A DNA stretch of 64,000 bases from Bacteroidota bacterium (GCA_013285805.1 JABDGY010000002.1:6011-70010); one strand, 5' to 3'; numbered from the stretch's first letter, positions 1 to 9,622 are shown. Program-made: numbers and translations. Notes: a model not told the origin generated them from the sequence alone.

Positions 1-349
1 AAATGGCAAGGTAGCGTGTAAGGTTTTTAATAAGCACTATAACTATAAGGGCCACAGCTATTGCAATAAGTACGTATTGCCATCCATGAGTATCCATAAG
101 GTAAGCCACCTCATATTTCAAATAATCGGATATTGAATCACCGGAAAGTTTAAGCTCAGGACGGCCCGTGGCCAGTATTTTTGCCAGCTCCGTTTTATCT
201 GTTTTAAACAGCACCTGGGAAAAGGGAATTATAAGGCCTATTGAAAAGATATTCAAGACCATGGATATAACGTTGAACACTATGTTTAGAATAGCGTACG
301 ACTTATAGCCCTTTATATAACGAAGTATTTTGCCTAATCCCTTTAACAT
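1..349 (-). CDS. ABC transporter permease/ATP-binding protein (MsbA-like), N-terminal part; runs off the window
   Basis: Hand-translated from ATG at 349: MLKGLGKILRYIKGYKSYAILNIVFNVISMVLNIFSIGLIIPFSQVLF...YLKNLTRYLAI, resembling TM1-TM2 of Bacteroidota ABC exporters. A -7 element TATCTTTG lies on the minus strand at 360-367. Confidence 0.7.
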   Translation of the reverse strand, partial: MLKGLGKILRYIKGYKSYAILNIVFNVISMVLNIFSIGLIIPFSQVLFKTDKTELAKILATGRPELKLSGDSISDYLKYEVAYLMDTHGWQYVLIAIAVALIVIVLIKNLTRYLAI

Positions 350-382
350 AAGTAATTTGCAAAGATACATTGTTAATTTTAT

Positions 383-390
383 TACATTTG
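383..390 (+). promoter_or_regulatory. Bacteroidota sigma-70 -7 element (TACATTTG) for tRNA-Cys
   Basis: Exact TAnnTTTG match 16 nt before the tRNA, back-to-back with the ABC gene promoter. Confidence 0.7.
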
Positions 391-406
391 CACCCCATCA
401 GAAAAT

Positions 407-477
407 GGTCCTGTGGCCGAGTGGCTAGGCAGAGGTCTGCAAAACCTTGTACAGCGGTTCGAATCCGCTCGGGACCT
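407..477 (+). tRNA. tRNA-Cys(GCA)
   Basis: Acceptor stem GGTCCTG(407-413)/CGGGACC(470-476), D-arm with GCCGAGTGGCTAGGC, anticodon loop CTGCAAA (GCA at 439-441), T-loop GTTCGAATC, discriminator T; CCA not encoded. Confidence 0.96.
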
Positions 478-593
478 CACAAAAGGCGGTGTTCGAGCCA
501 AAGTTGCACCCCTATCAAACCTACTTTACGGTACAATATTTTTAACGATATTTATGTTCTTAAATTCAAGGTCAAACTAAACATTAATAAAAC

Positions 594-1661
594 ATGCCTA
601 TAAAACCCGGAATTTTAGTGGCTTTAATTGCAATATGTGGCCTTGGATGTGAACAGAAGGCAGCAACTCCACCAACAACTACAACCACAACGGCTAATAT
701 TAATAATACAATTGGTTACGGTATTCTTAACAGATTAAAAGGGATATGGAACGGCCCTGTAACTTCTACAACTCCATTGGGAGGTTATCCGCAGTGGATA
801 GTTGATTTCAGGCCTATTTCGAATAACCAGGTATCTGCAAAGAATGAATTAGACACTGTAAATAATATTTTCATGTCTTTTTTTATAGTTAAGTATGGTA
901 ACCAGTATGAAGTAGCGTTTAGAAATGGAGGGGAATTTAGTGGTTCGGAGCGTGTTTCGTATTTTTTGGTAGATAGCGTTTCAGAAACTTCAAACAATGC
1001 ATTTTATAGGTTTGCAGAAATAAATATTGGCTTAAAAAGAGCCTATACTGATATTATATTCAGATCTGACAGCCTTTACATATATACTTACACCAATAAA
1101 AATAATACTGAACCAACGCCAACCCCTCACATGACATGGAGTGCAAAGCTTCAGGACACGACTTCGTGCATGCCCGCAGTTGCCAAATTCAACTTTCCAC
1201 AAAAGGCAATGACAAAAGATTTCACTTCGACCTTTATTGGCCTGTTACAATCAATCTATTTTTCTGTCTCAGGTACCCCAGCGGGAGACCCGTACCCCGA
1301 TACCACACAACCTTACCTGGGGAAAACAACGGCTAGCTTTACATTTGCTTCATCATACAGTCCTAATCCTGCTAAGAATGTTTTCCTGATGATTACTACG
1401 CAACCCTTAATTTCAGGACTTAGTTTGAATACTGCTAACTTAATTTACAGATCTCGCTATGTTATCCTTTCCGCAGGCGATAATAGTTATACATTCACCT
1501 TAATGCATCCCGGCACCTATTATTATTATGCTCTATACGACAGTCTTGGTACCGGCACTTTTAGTCCCGGCGACTGGGTAAGTACATCTAACACTACATT
1601 TACTTTACCTGCCATGGGTACTGCAACAGTAACTACACAAATTAATTATACGCTCCCATAA
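594..1661 (+). CDS. hypothetical lipoprotein
   Basis: 355-aa ORF with lipobox-like signal (ICGLGC) followed by a Thr-rich linker; no family recognised. Confidence 0.75.
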   Translation: MPIKPGILVALIAICGLGCEQKAATPPTTTTTTANINNTIGYGILNRLKGIWNGPVTSTTPLGGYPQWIVDFRPISNNQVSAKNELDTVNNIFMSFFIVKYGNQYEVAFRNGGEFSGSERVSYFLVDSVSETSNNAFYRFAEINIGLKRAYTDIIFRSDSLYIYTYTNKNNTEPTPTPHMTWSAKLQDTTSCMPAVAKFNFPQKAMTKDFTSTFIGLLQSIYFSVSGTPAGDPYPDTTQPYLGKTTASFTFASSYSPNPAKNVFLMITTQPLISGLSLNTANLIYRSRYVILSAGDNSYTFTLMHPGTYYYYALYDSLGTGTFSPGDWVSTSNTTFTLPAMGTATVTTQINYTLP

Positions 1662-1744
1662 TTGCTTATAAACCAGCTTATGCCCTGGCATCCTTTTAGT
1701 GCTAAGCAAACCTTTCTTATATTTGACCCGCAAACCCACATTTT

Positions 1745-2065
1745 ATGAAAAAGAGATTCAAGGCATTCAATTTCATATTTTTAATTATAGCTGCGCTTAT
1801 TGGCTTCACTTCCTGCCAAAAGGCACCAACTTCAACTTTCAGCTACAGCCCAGGTAGCCCAACCATAGGACAAACCGTTACATTTACTTATACAGGCTCG
1901 GGTGCAAGTACCTACCTTTGGAGCTTTGGTGATGGCAGTAATGGAAGCGGTTCACAAAACCCTACCTTTGTTTACACCACGGCCGGAACATATTCCGTTA
2001 CACTTACGGCAACTAATTCTGCAGGGTCTAACTCCACTTCGAATTCCATTACCATTAAGCCATAG
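1745..2065 (+). CDS. small PKD-domain lipoprotein
   Basis: Lipobox FTSC; PKD motifs WSFGDG and YTTAGTYSVTLT; TATATTTG -7 element at 1718-1725. Confidence 0.85.
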   Translation: MKKRFKAFNFIFLIIAALIGFTSCQKAPTSTFSYSPGSPTIGQTVTFTYTGSGASTYLWSFGDGSNGSGSQNPTFVYTTAGTYSVTLTATNSAGSNSTSNSITIKP

Positions 2066-2286
2066 CTAATCAGTAGCAAGGCTTACACTGTATTTTAAAT
2101 AAGCGTGTTTCAGAGTTTACAAGTCTTTTTACGCCGTTCCGCCAGGGCATCAAGGCAAATAAGCATTAGAAAACTTTGTAAATGTAAAAACAAGGTTTTT
2201 ATTGCATATTTGCAATCAGGGTTAAGGTAAAATGCCCCGGGAACCGACTAAATACTTAGAGTAAGAAAACAACTTAAAATAACCCA

Positions 2287-2721
2287 ATGCAAAATTATCA
2301 GAACCACCGTAAACTTAAGCCTGAAACAATGGCCCATAAAACTTATTATGCAAGCGTAGTTAGTTTGTTCATCTTTTCAGTTGCCGACTTATGCCATTCT
2401 TTGTTTGTGGCTAACGGGCGCGTAACTGCCTTTTTATTCCTGTTAACTTCAATATCCCTAGTGGCTGCTTATTTCCTGTTCCGTTCCTTTTCACTTAAAG
2501 CCCAGGACCGTGCAATACGGGCAGAGGAAAATCTCCGCCATTTCGTTCTTACAGGAAAGGTACTCGATAAGGCCCTTACTATGCATCAGATTATTGCATT
2601 GCGGTTTGCCCCCGATGAAGAGTTTATTGGACTTACTGAGCGTGCCGTGAAAGAAAATTTAAGTAACGACGATATTAAAAAGGCTGTTAAAAAGTGGAAA
2701 GAGGATAACCACAGGGCATAA
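2287..2721 (+). CDS. membrane protein, DUF6526-like
   Basis: QNYQNH start, two TM segments, LKAQDRAIRAEENLR and QIIALRFAPDEE motifs. Confidence 0.75.
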   Translation: MQNYQNHRKLKPETMAHKTYYASVVSLFIFSVADLCHSLFVANGRVTAFLFLLTSISLVAAYFLFRSFSLKAQDRAIRAEENLRHFVLTGKVLDKALTMHQIIALRFAPDEEFIGLTERAVKENLSNDDIKKAVKKWKEDNHRA

Positions 2722-2728
2722 GAACCAA

Positions 2729-3202
2729 ATGATTGAACTAACTATACCCGGATTTAATGACCACCTAAGTCTGACTGATTTAATTTTAGATTTCAACGGA
2801 ACCCTTGCTATAGATGGCAAGATGATTGATGGGGTAAAGGAGCGATTGGTTGCTTTATCAAAAGTACTTACCATACATGTAGTAACAGGTAATAGCAATG
2901 GAACAGCCGAAGAAGAATTAAAAGGAATTCCATGTAAAATTGCCCTGTTATCACCCGAAAATCAAGCTAAAGGAAAGTATCAATATTTATCGCACCTGAA
3001 TCCCGCATCGGTAATAAGCATTGGTAATGGAAGGAATGACTGCCTACTGCTTGAATCGTCGGCCATTGGCGTAATAGTTATACAGGAGGAAGGAGCATCT
3101 GTTGATACCCTGAGCCATGCCGATATTGTTTGTAACAGCATTATTACAGCCTTGGATTTAATAGTTAATGTTCGGCGCCTTACGGCAACTCTAAGAAGTT
3201 AA
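2729..3202 (+). CDS. HAD-family hydrolase (soluble P-type-ATPase-like)
   Basis: Motif I LDFNGTLA, motif IV IGNGRND, C-terminal RLTATLR typical of the COG4087-like family. Confidence 0.85.
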   Translation: MIELTIPGFNDHLSLTDLILDFNGTLAIDGKMIDGVKERLVALSKVLTIHVVTGNSNGTAEEELKGIPCKIALLSPENQAKGKYQYLSHLNPASVISIGNGRNDCLLLESSAIGVIVIQEEGASVDTLSHADIVCNSIITALDLIVNVRRLTATLRS

Positions 3203-3300
3203 AGCAGGATTTAGAGATAGTTTATCATTCATCCCCTTTCACATAAGAATTTGCTATGTATATTTTTCAACGCTATGGTACTATCTATCAAACATAGCAA

Positions 3301-3702
3301 TTAACTTTCCATAACCTTCCTGCTTGCCGGCCTGAAGTACCAGGACAGAACAATAAAAAGAGTCTGAAAAAGTGGCCCGAGCATTGCTTTTAGGCCAAAA
3401 TCGCCAACTGCTATATGCGAAATAAGAGCGCCCGTCATAACGAAAAAGAAACCTGCATAGGCCCATTCTTTTAATAGTTTAAATCCCGGTAATAAGACAG
3501 CTATCACTCCCAGAATTTTCCAAACGCCAAGTATGGTCATAAAGTACATGGGGTAACCTAAAGCGCTTACCATGTCGACCATATCCTTTTGCCTGAATAT
3601 TTGCTGCAGGCCGCTTGAAAACATGCCCAGAGCAAATAATCCGGTAAAAATCCAATAGGTAATCAATCTCCCTTTGCCTTGTGGTTTTTCTATTGTTTCC
3701 AT
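3301..3702 (-). CDS. DoxX-like family membrane protein
   Basis: LGYP.YF..ILGVWKILG and LKEWAYAGF motifs; four TM segments. Confidence 0.9.
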   Translation of the reverse strand: METIEKPQGKGRLITYWIFTGLFALGMFSSGLQQIFRQKDMVDMVSALGYPMYFMTILGVWKILGVIAVLLPGFKLLKEWAYAGFFFVMTGALISHIAVGDFGLKAMLGPLFQTLFIVLSWYFRPASRKVMES

Positions 3703-3744
3703 TTTTTGTTTTTTAAGTTATTAATTTGTTTTCTATTGAATTTA

Positions 3745-4338
3745 CTAATCGTCAATTCCCTTTCCCATAAGAATCTGCTGCATATATTTTTCAACTCTCT
3801 CTTCCCGGGTTTTGGCCAATTTGGCTTGTGAAAAATAAAAAATATACCCTCTTTGCCGCCCCGGTGTCAATGCATAAAAAGCTTTTTTCAGGGCAGGGTT
3901 TTCATCTAGCTTATTCTGAAACTCTTCCGGGATTGCATATTCGGAAGCCTTTTTCAATGTCGCTTTTACTCCCGATTTTTCCACTTCAATAGCTTCTTTA
4001 ATATAGGCTTTCAGAGTGGGAGCAAGCTTGGTTATTTCCTTCACACTGGCAAACCGCACCTGCCGCGGCACCTGAACATTCGGTGTTTGTTGGATAAGAA
4101 TACCGCTTTCGTCCTTCATCAAAGCTCCTTTAAAAAACAAATAGGCGCAATACTCTTTAAATCCGTGTATAAGCACTATGTTTTTATCGCCCAAGGTATA
4201 GCAAGGGTTTCCCCATTTCAATTGTTCAGTCAGGCCACAATTAAGCGCTATAATTCTCAGTTTACTATATTCTTCCTGCCACTTGGTATCTTTATTGAAG
4301 AACCAGTCTACCTTAGGATTCATTTCGCTCTTTGCCAT
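3745..4338 (-). CDS. YdeI/OmpD-associated family protein (DUF1801 + OmdA-like)
   Basis: LKWGNPCY, HGFKEYCA and AFYALTPGRQRGY motifs. Confidence 0.9.
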   Translation of the reverse strand: MAKSEMNPKVDWFFNKDTKWQEEYSKLRIIALNCGLTEQLKWGNPCYTLGDKNIVLIHGFKEYCAYLFFKGALMKDESGILIQQTPNVQVPRQVRFASVKEITKLAPTLKAYIKEAIEVEKSGVKATLKKASEYAIPEEFQNKLDENPALKKAFYALTPGRQRGYIFYFSQAKLAKTREERVEKYMQQILMGKGIDD

Positions 4339-4344
4339 AGTATA

Positions 4345-4827
4345 TTATTTTAGTTTATTCATTATGTCCTGAATCCTGTCATGTGCCATAGTTAAACCTG
4401 GAGCAAAAGGTGTCTTCAATACCTGGTCTCTAATTGCCCCTGATTCATAAATTACATGCATATTAAGCCTGCTTGTATTGTCGGTAAGTTTTTCAAATTG
4501 ATAAATCTCCAACTGAACACCCAAGGGAGCATTCTCCATTTCGAATGTTCGGGTAATCTTCTGGTTAGGAACAAACTCATGAAATGCTCCATTTGCCTTA
4601 AATACAACTTTTCCATTTGCATCGGTCGATTCCTGTTGATAACTGCCATGCTTCCTTCCTTCAAACTTCAGCATTTTTGAAGTGGCATAAGGATTTGACA
4701 TCCATTGTTCAATAAGCCCGGGTTCAGCATGAGCTTTGAAGAGTAATTCCACCGGAAGATCAAATTCCCTGGTAATGGTTAATTCCTGTTTGCCGGGTTC
4801 GGCATTGATTTTTGTTTTCAGTTCCAT
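4345..4827 (-). CDS. SRPBCC/AHSA1 domain protein
   Basis: ITREFDLPVELLFKAH...LIEQW and KITRTFEMEN; lies directly after an ArsR gene. Confidence 0.9.
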   Translation of the reverse strand: MELKTKINAEPGKQELTITREFDLPVELLFKAHAEPGLIEQWMSNPYATSKMLKFEGRKHGSYQQESTDANGKVVFKANGAFHEFVPNQKITRTFEMENAPLGVQLEIYQFEKLTDNTSRLNMHVIYESGAIRDQVLKTPFAPGLTMAHDRIQDIMNKLK

Positions 4828-4833
4828 GGTGTT

Positions 4834-5157
4834 TTATTTTTTGGGTTTATAATTTTTCATAACGGTTTCTAATTTGTTAAACCGGTCATCCCACATTTTG
4901 CGGAATGGCTCAATAAAAGCTGCTATCTCTTTCATTTTATCAGGATTTAATTGGTAATTTATTTCTCTGCCGTTCTGCTCTTGTTTAAGCAACTTACACT
5001 CGGTAAGTATTTGCAAGTGCTTTGAAACCGTTGGCCGTGCTGTGTTAAAATTAGCAGCTATGGCGCCTGCTGTCATCGATTGCGAAGCAACTAATAGAAG
5101 TATGGCCCTTCTTGTCGGGTCGGCTATGGCTTGAAATACATCCCGTCTTAAATTCAT
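4834..5157 (-). CDS. ArsR/SmtB-family transcriptional regulator
   Basis: [15 protein letters not shown]...[14 protein letters not shown] motif. Confidence 0.95.
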   Translation of the reverse strand: MNLRRDVFQAIADPTRRAILLLVASQSMTAGAIAANFNTARPTVSKHLQILTECKLLKQEQNGREINYQLNPDKMKEIAAFIEPFRKMWDDRFNKLETVMKNYKPKK

Positions 5158-5160
5158 TAC

Positions 5161-5202
5161 GTAGTTATTTGACTACAAATATATATGAAGTTATTTAACT
5201 AC
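5161..5202. promoter_or_regulatory. two palindromic ArsR operator sites overlapping the -7 element
   Basis: GTAGTTATTTGACTAC (5161-5176) and GAAGTTATTTAACTAC (5187-5202) flank the minus-strand TATATTTG (5176-5183). Confidence 0.75.
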
Positions 5203-5253
5203 ATATATATTTTTTATCGTTTTATTATAAACCATTGAAAATCAGGGCATAAA

Positions 5254-7245
5254 TTACACCCTTACCCCTATTATTAATATATCATCTACCTGCTCAAGTT
5301 CGCCCTTCCATGCATTAAGGGTGTTTTTTAGAATGTTCCTTTGTTCTTCAACAGGCTTGGTTGAACCGGACAATAAAAGCTCCTGCAATTGCTTGTATTT
5401 AAACTTCTTACCCTTTGGTCCACCAAACTGGTCGGCATATCCATCGGTAAAAAGATATAGTGTATCACCTTTTTGAAGGGCTAAATTGTGCGTATTGAAA
5501 GGTACCGGTTTGTCAACCTTGCCGATAGGTTGTTTGTCTGCAGGCACTTCAATTATTTCTCCATCATGAAAATACCAGAGTGTATTATATGCGCCACTCC
5601 ATTGAACCTCTTTTGTTTTGGTATTGATACAGCATAGTGAAATATCCATCCCGTCCTGAACATTATCTTCACTCTTCTCGAAGGTTTCTAAAACAAGCTC
5701 TCGCACTTTGTCAAGTATCTTACCCGGCTCAGTAATTTTAAACTCCTTCACTGCTCTGTTTAATGCATTGCTGCATACTACACTAACCATAGCGCCCGGC
5801 ACACCATGCCCCGTACAATCGGCTGCAGCTATTAATACAATCTGTTCAGGATTATCTCCCGACGATAAATGTCGGGATGTCGTTTCACTCCACATCCAAT
5901 AGAAATCGCCCGCTACAATATCCTTTGGTTGGTATAAAACAAATGACTCGGGCAGGTACTTTGTAATCATGCTCATAGGCGGCAAAATGGCATCCTGCAG
6001 GCGCTTGGCATAGGTAATAGAGTCAAGAATATCTTTATTCTTTTCCTCTAAAACGGCTCTTTGTTGTTCTATAATGGTATTTTGCTTTTTTGTAACACGA
6101 AACCGGTTAGCAACAATAAGAAGGAAGCTTGTAAGAAGAATAAACCCGATTACTGAAAAGATTATAATTACTGTGTTTTTCTTTTTTTCAGCTTCGACAA
6201 TCATCTGCTGTTGATTCTCTTCTGTTTCCAGCGATTTTATCTGCAGCTCTTTTTTCTCAGTTTCAAACTCGGTATGCATAAGGTTAATCTGCTTCTGGTT
6301 CTCCTCATTATACACCGTGTCTCTTAATTCAATGTATCTATTCAATAATTCAGCTTGCTCTTTACTATTCTTTTCCATACCAGCTACTTTAGCCTGTGCT
6401 TTAATAACCTGCAGCTGGTAACTTTTAGATTGAATCTTTAATGCCATCTGGTAACTCAACTCTAAATACTGCCGTGCAATGACAGGCTGGTTCATGTTTG
6501 TATATTCAATGCCGAGGTTCAGGCTCGAAACAGATGTCATCTCATCATCGTGCACTTTTTGCTTTATTTCAAGGCACTGTTTCAGGTAAAATATGGCTGA
6601 ATCAGATAGCCCCATGTGCATATATGTTTCACCCAGGTCATTATATGAATCGCCTATGGCTGAGGTAATATCTAATTTCTTGCGCAGGTATATGGCTTTT
6701 TGCCTTATTGCAATAGATTTTGAATAATCTCTCAGAAAATAATAACAATTAGCAAGGTTATTATACGCACCGGCCAACACAGTATCGTTTTTAATTTTAG
6801 TGTAATATGTAATTCTATTTTCAAAACATTCTATTGCTTCATTATACTTGTTAGTTTGTAAATAAAGTAAGCCAAGTGTACCATAAGTGCGCATTTCCCA
6901 GTCTTCGCGCTTATTGGCTTTCGCAATATCTAAAGCGCTCTTAGCTTCACTTAATCCTTTACCGAAATCGCCGGTAACATACCTGGCTGAACTAAGTTTA
7001 ATAAATGACAGAAATAATCCTTTTTGATAATTCAGTTTCTCTGAAATTATTAAAGCCCGCGTAGCGTTTGCTATCATACTGTCGGGAGCATTCCATTCAT
7101 ATTCGCTGGCAATATTAATATAGGTAAGTACTTTACCCGTATCAGTCTTTTGATTCATTGAAACAATGTGAAGAGAATCAGGCGCAGCTTCTACCCATGT
7201 TGAGAAAAGCTGCATCAGCAGAAATATATAAATGACCTTTCGCAT
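5254..7245 (-). CDS. membrane sensor: periplasmic TPRs + TM + SpoIIE/PP2C phosphatase
   Basis: Signal peptide, TPR-like helices, one TM, and catalytic motifs VAGDFYW, DCTGHGVPGA, DGMD, FTDGYADQFGG, QVDDI. Minus-strand TAACTTTG at 7285-7292. Confidence 0.92.
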   Translation of the reverse strand: MRKVIYIFLLMQLFSTWVEAAPDSLHIVSMNQKTDTGKVLTYINIASEYEWNAPDSMIANATRALIISEKLNYQKGLFLSFIKLSSARYVTGDFGKGLSEAKSALDIAKANKREDWEMRTYGTLGLLYLQTNKYNEAIECFENRITYYTKIKNDTVLAGAYNNLANCYYFLRDYSKSIAIRQKAIYLRKKLDITSAIGDSYNDLGETYMHMGLSDSAIFYLKQCLEIKQKVHDDEMTSVSSLNLGIEYTNMNQPVIARQYLELSYQMALKIQSKSYQLQVIKAQAKVAGMEKNSKEQAELLNRYIELRDTVYNEENQKQINLMHTEFETEKKELQIKSLETEENQQQMIVEAEKKKNTVIIIFSVIGFILLTSFLLIVANRFRVTKKQNTIIEQQRAVLEEKNKDILDSITYAKRLQDAILPPMSMITKYLPESFVLYQPKDIVAGDFYWMWSETTSRHLSSGDNPEQIVLIAAADCTGHGVPGAMVSVVCSNALNRAVKEFKITEPGKILDKVRELVLETFEKSEDNVQDGMDISLCCINTKTKEVQWSGAYNTLWYFHDGEIIEVPADKQPIGKVDKPVPFNTHNLALQKGDTLYLFTDGYADQFGGPKGKKFKYKQLQELLLSGSTKPVEEQRNILKNTLNAWKGELEQVDDILIIGVRV

Positions 7246-7474
7246 TAAATAGGCGGCTCTTTTTCTACGTTAATGTATAGCCGGCAAAGTTAATAATATC
7301 GAAATCAGTCATTTGAAGTAATATTCCCCTTTTGGAAGGCTTAGGGACACCTATGATAGAAAATACAAGAAACATTACCAAACTCAACAGAGCAAGGGAA
7401 AAGCTAAAACACACGCATAAATTGTAACTGAACGAAAGGGTAGAATACAATGCGAAAAAATATCTAAAAACTTT

Positions 7475-8272
7475 TTAATGCGTCACTATAAACTTACCGT
7501 TCTTAATCACCTCGTTTTGGTTTTTCAACACAATGCTATATAGGTATGTCCCTGTTGGCCACGATGAAACATCTAAATCAAGGGTATTAGTTTCAGCAAG
7601 CCCGTAAACAAAAAGCTGTTTACCGGTAACGGTATATATTTTCACGAGGGTTACAGTTTGCGGGGTCCGGTTAAACTGAAATTTCACATCATCATCGGCT
7701 GGCTGGGGAAATATTTTTAAGCCATCGGCCAATGCAGCGCCGTTTATTTCATTAATACCGGTAATTAAAGCCATAGTGGAAACGGGGTGTATTTCATTCC
7801 AGCAATGAACGGTATCATATATAAAAGTGCCTTGAATCAATACGTGCTCACCTATGTTTGGCAAATACACAGTATCGTTGAAAGTGCTACTGCACGCTGA
7901 CTTTTCAACTTTACCATCATAACCTGTATCTGTTGGGGTTCCTTTACATATTTCCTCTACGTTAAGGCACCCGGGAAACTTAAGTGTTGAATCGGTACCC
8001 AGGCATAATGCTTTATACGGAGCGGTACGGTAATTTACCATATAGGTATATGGAGCATCAGGGGTTGTATAAATATGGTAGTCGCCATCACCTGTAAGAA
8101 AAGGTGGGTCCAAAATGTCAATTGTAGCCGTTATCGTTACACAACTATCATAAATTTTCAACCTTTCGTTAAGGTAGGTATGGTGCCAGTACATGGTATC
8201 GCATAGCCCCTGACCATTAACATTGGAAAAAGCAATAAACAGCAAACCCACAAGAAGTAGAGTTCTTTTCAT
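7475..8272 (-). CDS. T9SS type A cargo protein with an uncharacterised N-terminal domain
   Basis: Signal peptide; DGDYHI...EEIC...P..GEHV...G.FIYD..H.WNEIHPV core; C-terminal KIFPQPA...GTYLY...KFIV (TIGR04183-like). Confidence 0.8.
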   Translation of the reverse strand: MKRTLLLVGLLFIAFSNVNGQGLCDTMYWHHTYLNERLKIYDSCVTITATIDILDPPFLTGDGDYHIYTTPDAPYTYMVNYRTAPYKALCLGTDSTLKFPGCLNVEEICKGTPTDTGYDGKVEKSACSSTFNDTVYLPNIGEHVLIQGTFIYDTVHCWNEIHPVSTMALITGINEINGAALADGLKIFPQPADDDVKFQFNRTPQTVTLVKIYTVTGKQLFVYGLAETNTLDLDVSSWPTGTYLYSIVLKNQNEVIKNGKFIVTH

Positions 8273-8321
8273 AATAGAGTAAATTTAAATTACCAGGATA
8301 TTAAATAAGTATAAAACCGGA

Positions 8322-8379
8322 CGCAATTTTATAAAACGAACATCAAAAGAAAGTCTTTTAAATGTTATCAAATTATTAA
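8322..8379 (-). promoter_or_regulatory. variant promoter (TAAAATTGCG) with 11-bp-spaced hexamers
   Basis: + strand CAATTTTA 8324-8331, TGTTAT 8363, TATTAA 8374. Confidence 0.5.
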
Positions 8380-8673
8380 TTAGATCGCTCAAGCATCAAT
8401 AAGAACAAGCGCCCCAAAGGGTTAACACTTCCAATAATTAAATGCAATTCATGCTTAATTTTTTTATAATTCTACATCGTTTAAGTTAAAATAATAATTC
8501 TTATTCAGCAGTTTGATTAGTAGCAGTTTAACCGCTAAAATTTAGATTTAGGCGCGGGCATCCTAAATAAGAGAGAAAAGGTTCAAACAAAAAGTTGTTT
8601 TTGGGGCTCTGTATTCAACCACCCGAACTTCTACTACAATTCCACCCGAATGAGATGGCTTTTTATCAGGACA

Positions 8674-8714
8674 CATTAGAATGGCATTAGAAGCAGATTA
8701 AAACAGCATTAGAA
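8674..8714 (+). repeat. four 11-bp-period direct repeats (CATTAGAA) upstream of 8822
   Basis: CATTAGAA at 8674, 8685 and 8707; GATTAAAA at 8696; TAACTTTG -7 element at 8773-8780. Confidence 0.7.
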
Positions 8715-8821
8715 GTGGCCCTAGTGATGTTAAAAGACGTTAACTGCTATTACTAAAGCAATATAGCTGATATAACTTTGCTTACGAACATAAATTCATT
8801 ATAATTCTATAATCAGATACC

Positions 8822-9622
8822 ATGAAAAAATCAACTATTAGCACTTATTGTTTTCTGATAACCTTTGGTTTCCTAACGGGTAAACTAATTGCACAGACCG
8901 ACACAATAGCTAAAAAAGGTTATCCAACTAAAATAGGTGGGTTCAGAATATCACTTGGCTTTGGATACAATGAACTTGCAGGAAGCGGTTTAAACGTACT
9001 CAATAGTCATTTGCAGGATAACGGGCTTGCTCCTGCGGCTAGCAAATATGCCACATGGAATTTAGACCTGGTACATTTAATCTACAAAAGCACCGTTTTT
9101 AACCTGGGTCTTGGCGGGCCAATTACCAAAAACACTGTTAACGATTCTTCTAAAACGGCCTTATCAGGGTTCTCATTTAACCTTGCGTTTGGCAGGGTAA
9201 TATATCATTCGCAAAAAGTACTTATTTATCCAATGGTAGGGGTTAATTTCGATGACCTGAATATTGATTCATATTATTCAGGGTTTAAATCGGCCAAAGA
9301 TATTTCGGGCACAAACAATTATACTCCTGTAAACCTTTCGCTAACCCTCGATTACTTTCTGGGTAAAATAGGCCATAATGTAGATTGGGGAAGGGCAACC
9401 AGTTTTCCCTTTTCATGTATAATTTCTTTCACTGTAGGGTATTCATTTTGCCCCACAACCACCTATTGGAACGACAATAATTTTGACATAACTAACCGGT
9501 ACACCCAAAATGTAAGTTACCCTGTAAACGTTATTGGAAGCCTAACCTACTCAAACTTATCTATGTTTTACGCAAGTCTAAAATTCGGATTCGGAATACA
9601 TCATACCTGTGAAAAAATATGA
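8822..9622 (+). CDS. hypothetical outer-membrane beta-barrel-like protein
   Basis: Signal peptide, alternating amphipathic strands, C-terminal FYASLKFGFG. Confidence 0.65.
   Translation: MKKSTISTYCFLITFGFLTGKLIAQTDTIAKKGYPTKIGGFRISLGFGYNELAGSGLNVLNSHLQDNGLAPAASKYATWNLDLVHLIYKSTVFNLGLGGPITKNTVNDSSKTALSGFSFNLAFGRVIYHSQKVLIYPMVGVNFDDLNIDSYYSGFKSAKDISGTNNYTPVNLSLTLDYFLGKIGHNVDWGRATSFPFSCIISFTVGYSFCPTTTYWNDNNFDITNRYTQNVSYPVNVIGSLTYSNLSMFYASLKFGFGIHHTCEKI

Noticed and set aside
531..570. TTAACG-like hexamer upstream of gene 594 as a regulon member
   Set aside because: No matching variant -7 element at the expected offset.
370..603. 77-aa ORF
   Set aside because: It overlaps tRNA-Cys and its promoter.
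407..2065. tRNA-anchored genomic island
   Set aside because: No integrase, and I saw no repeat of the tRNA 3' end in the window.
8619..8714. CRISPR array
   Set aside because: Repeats are 8-9 nt with 3-14 nt spacers, and no cas genes are present.
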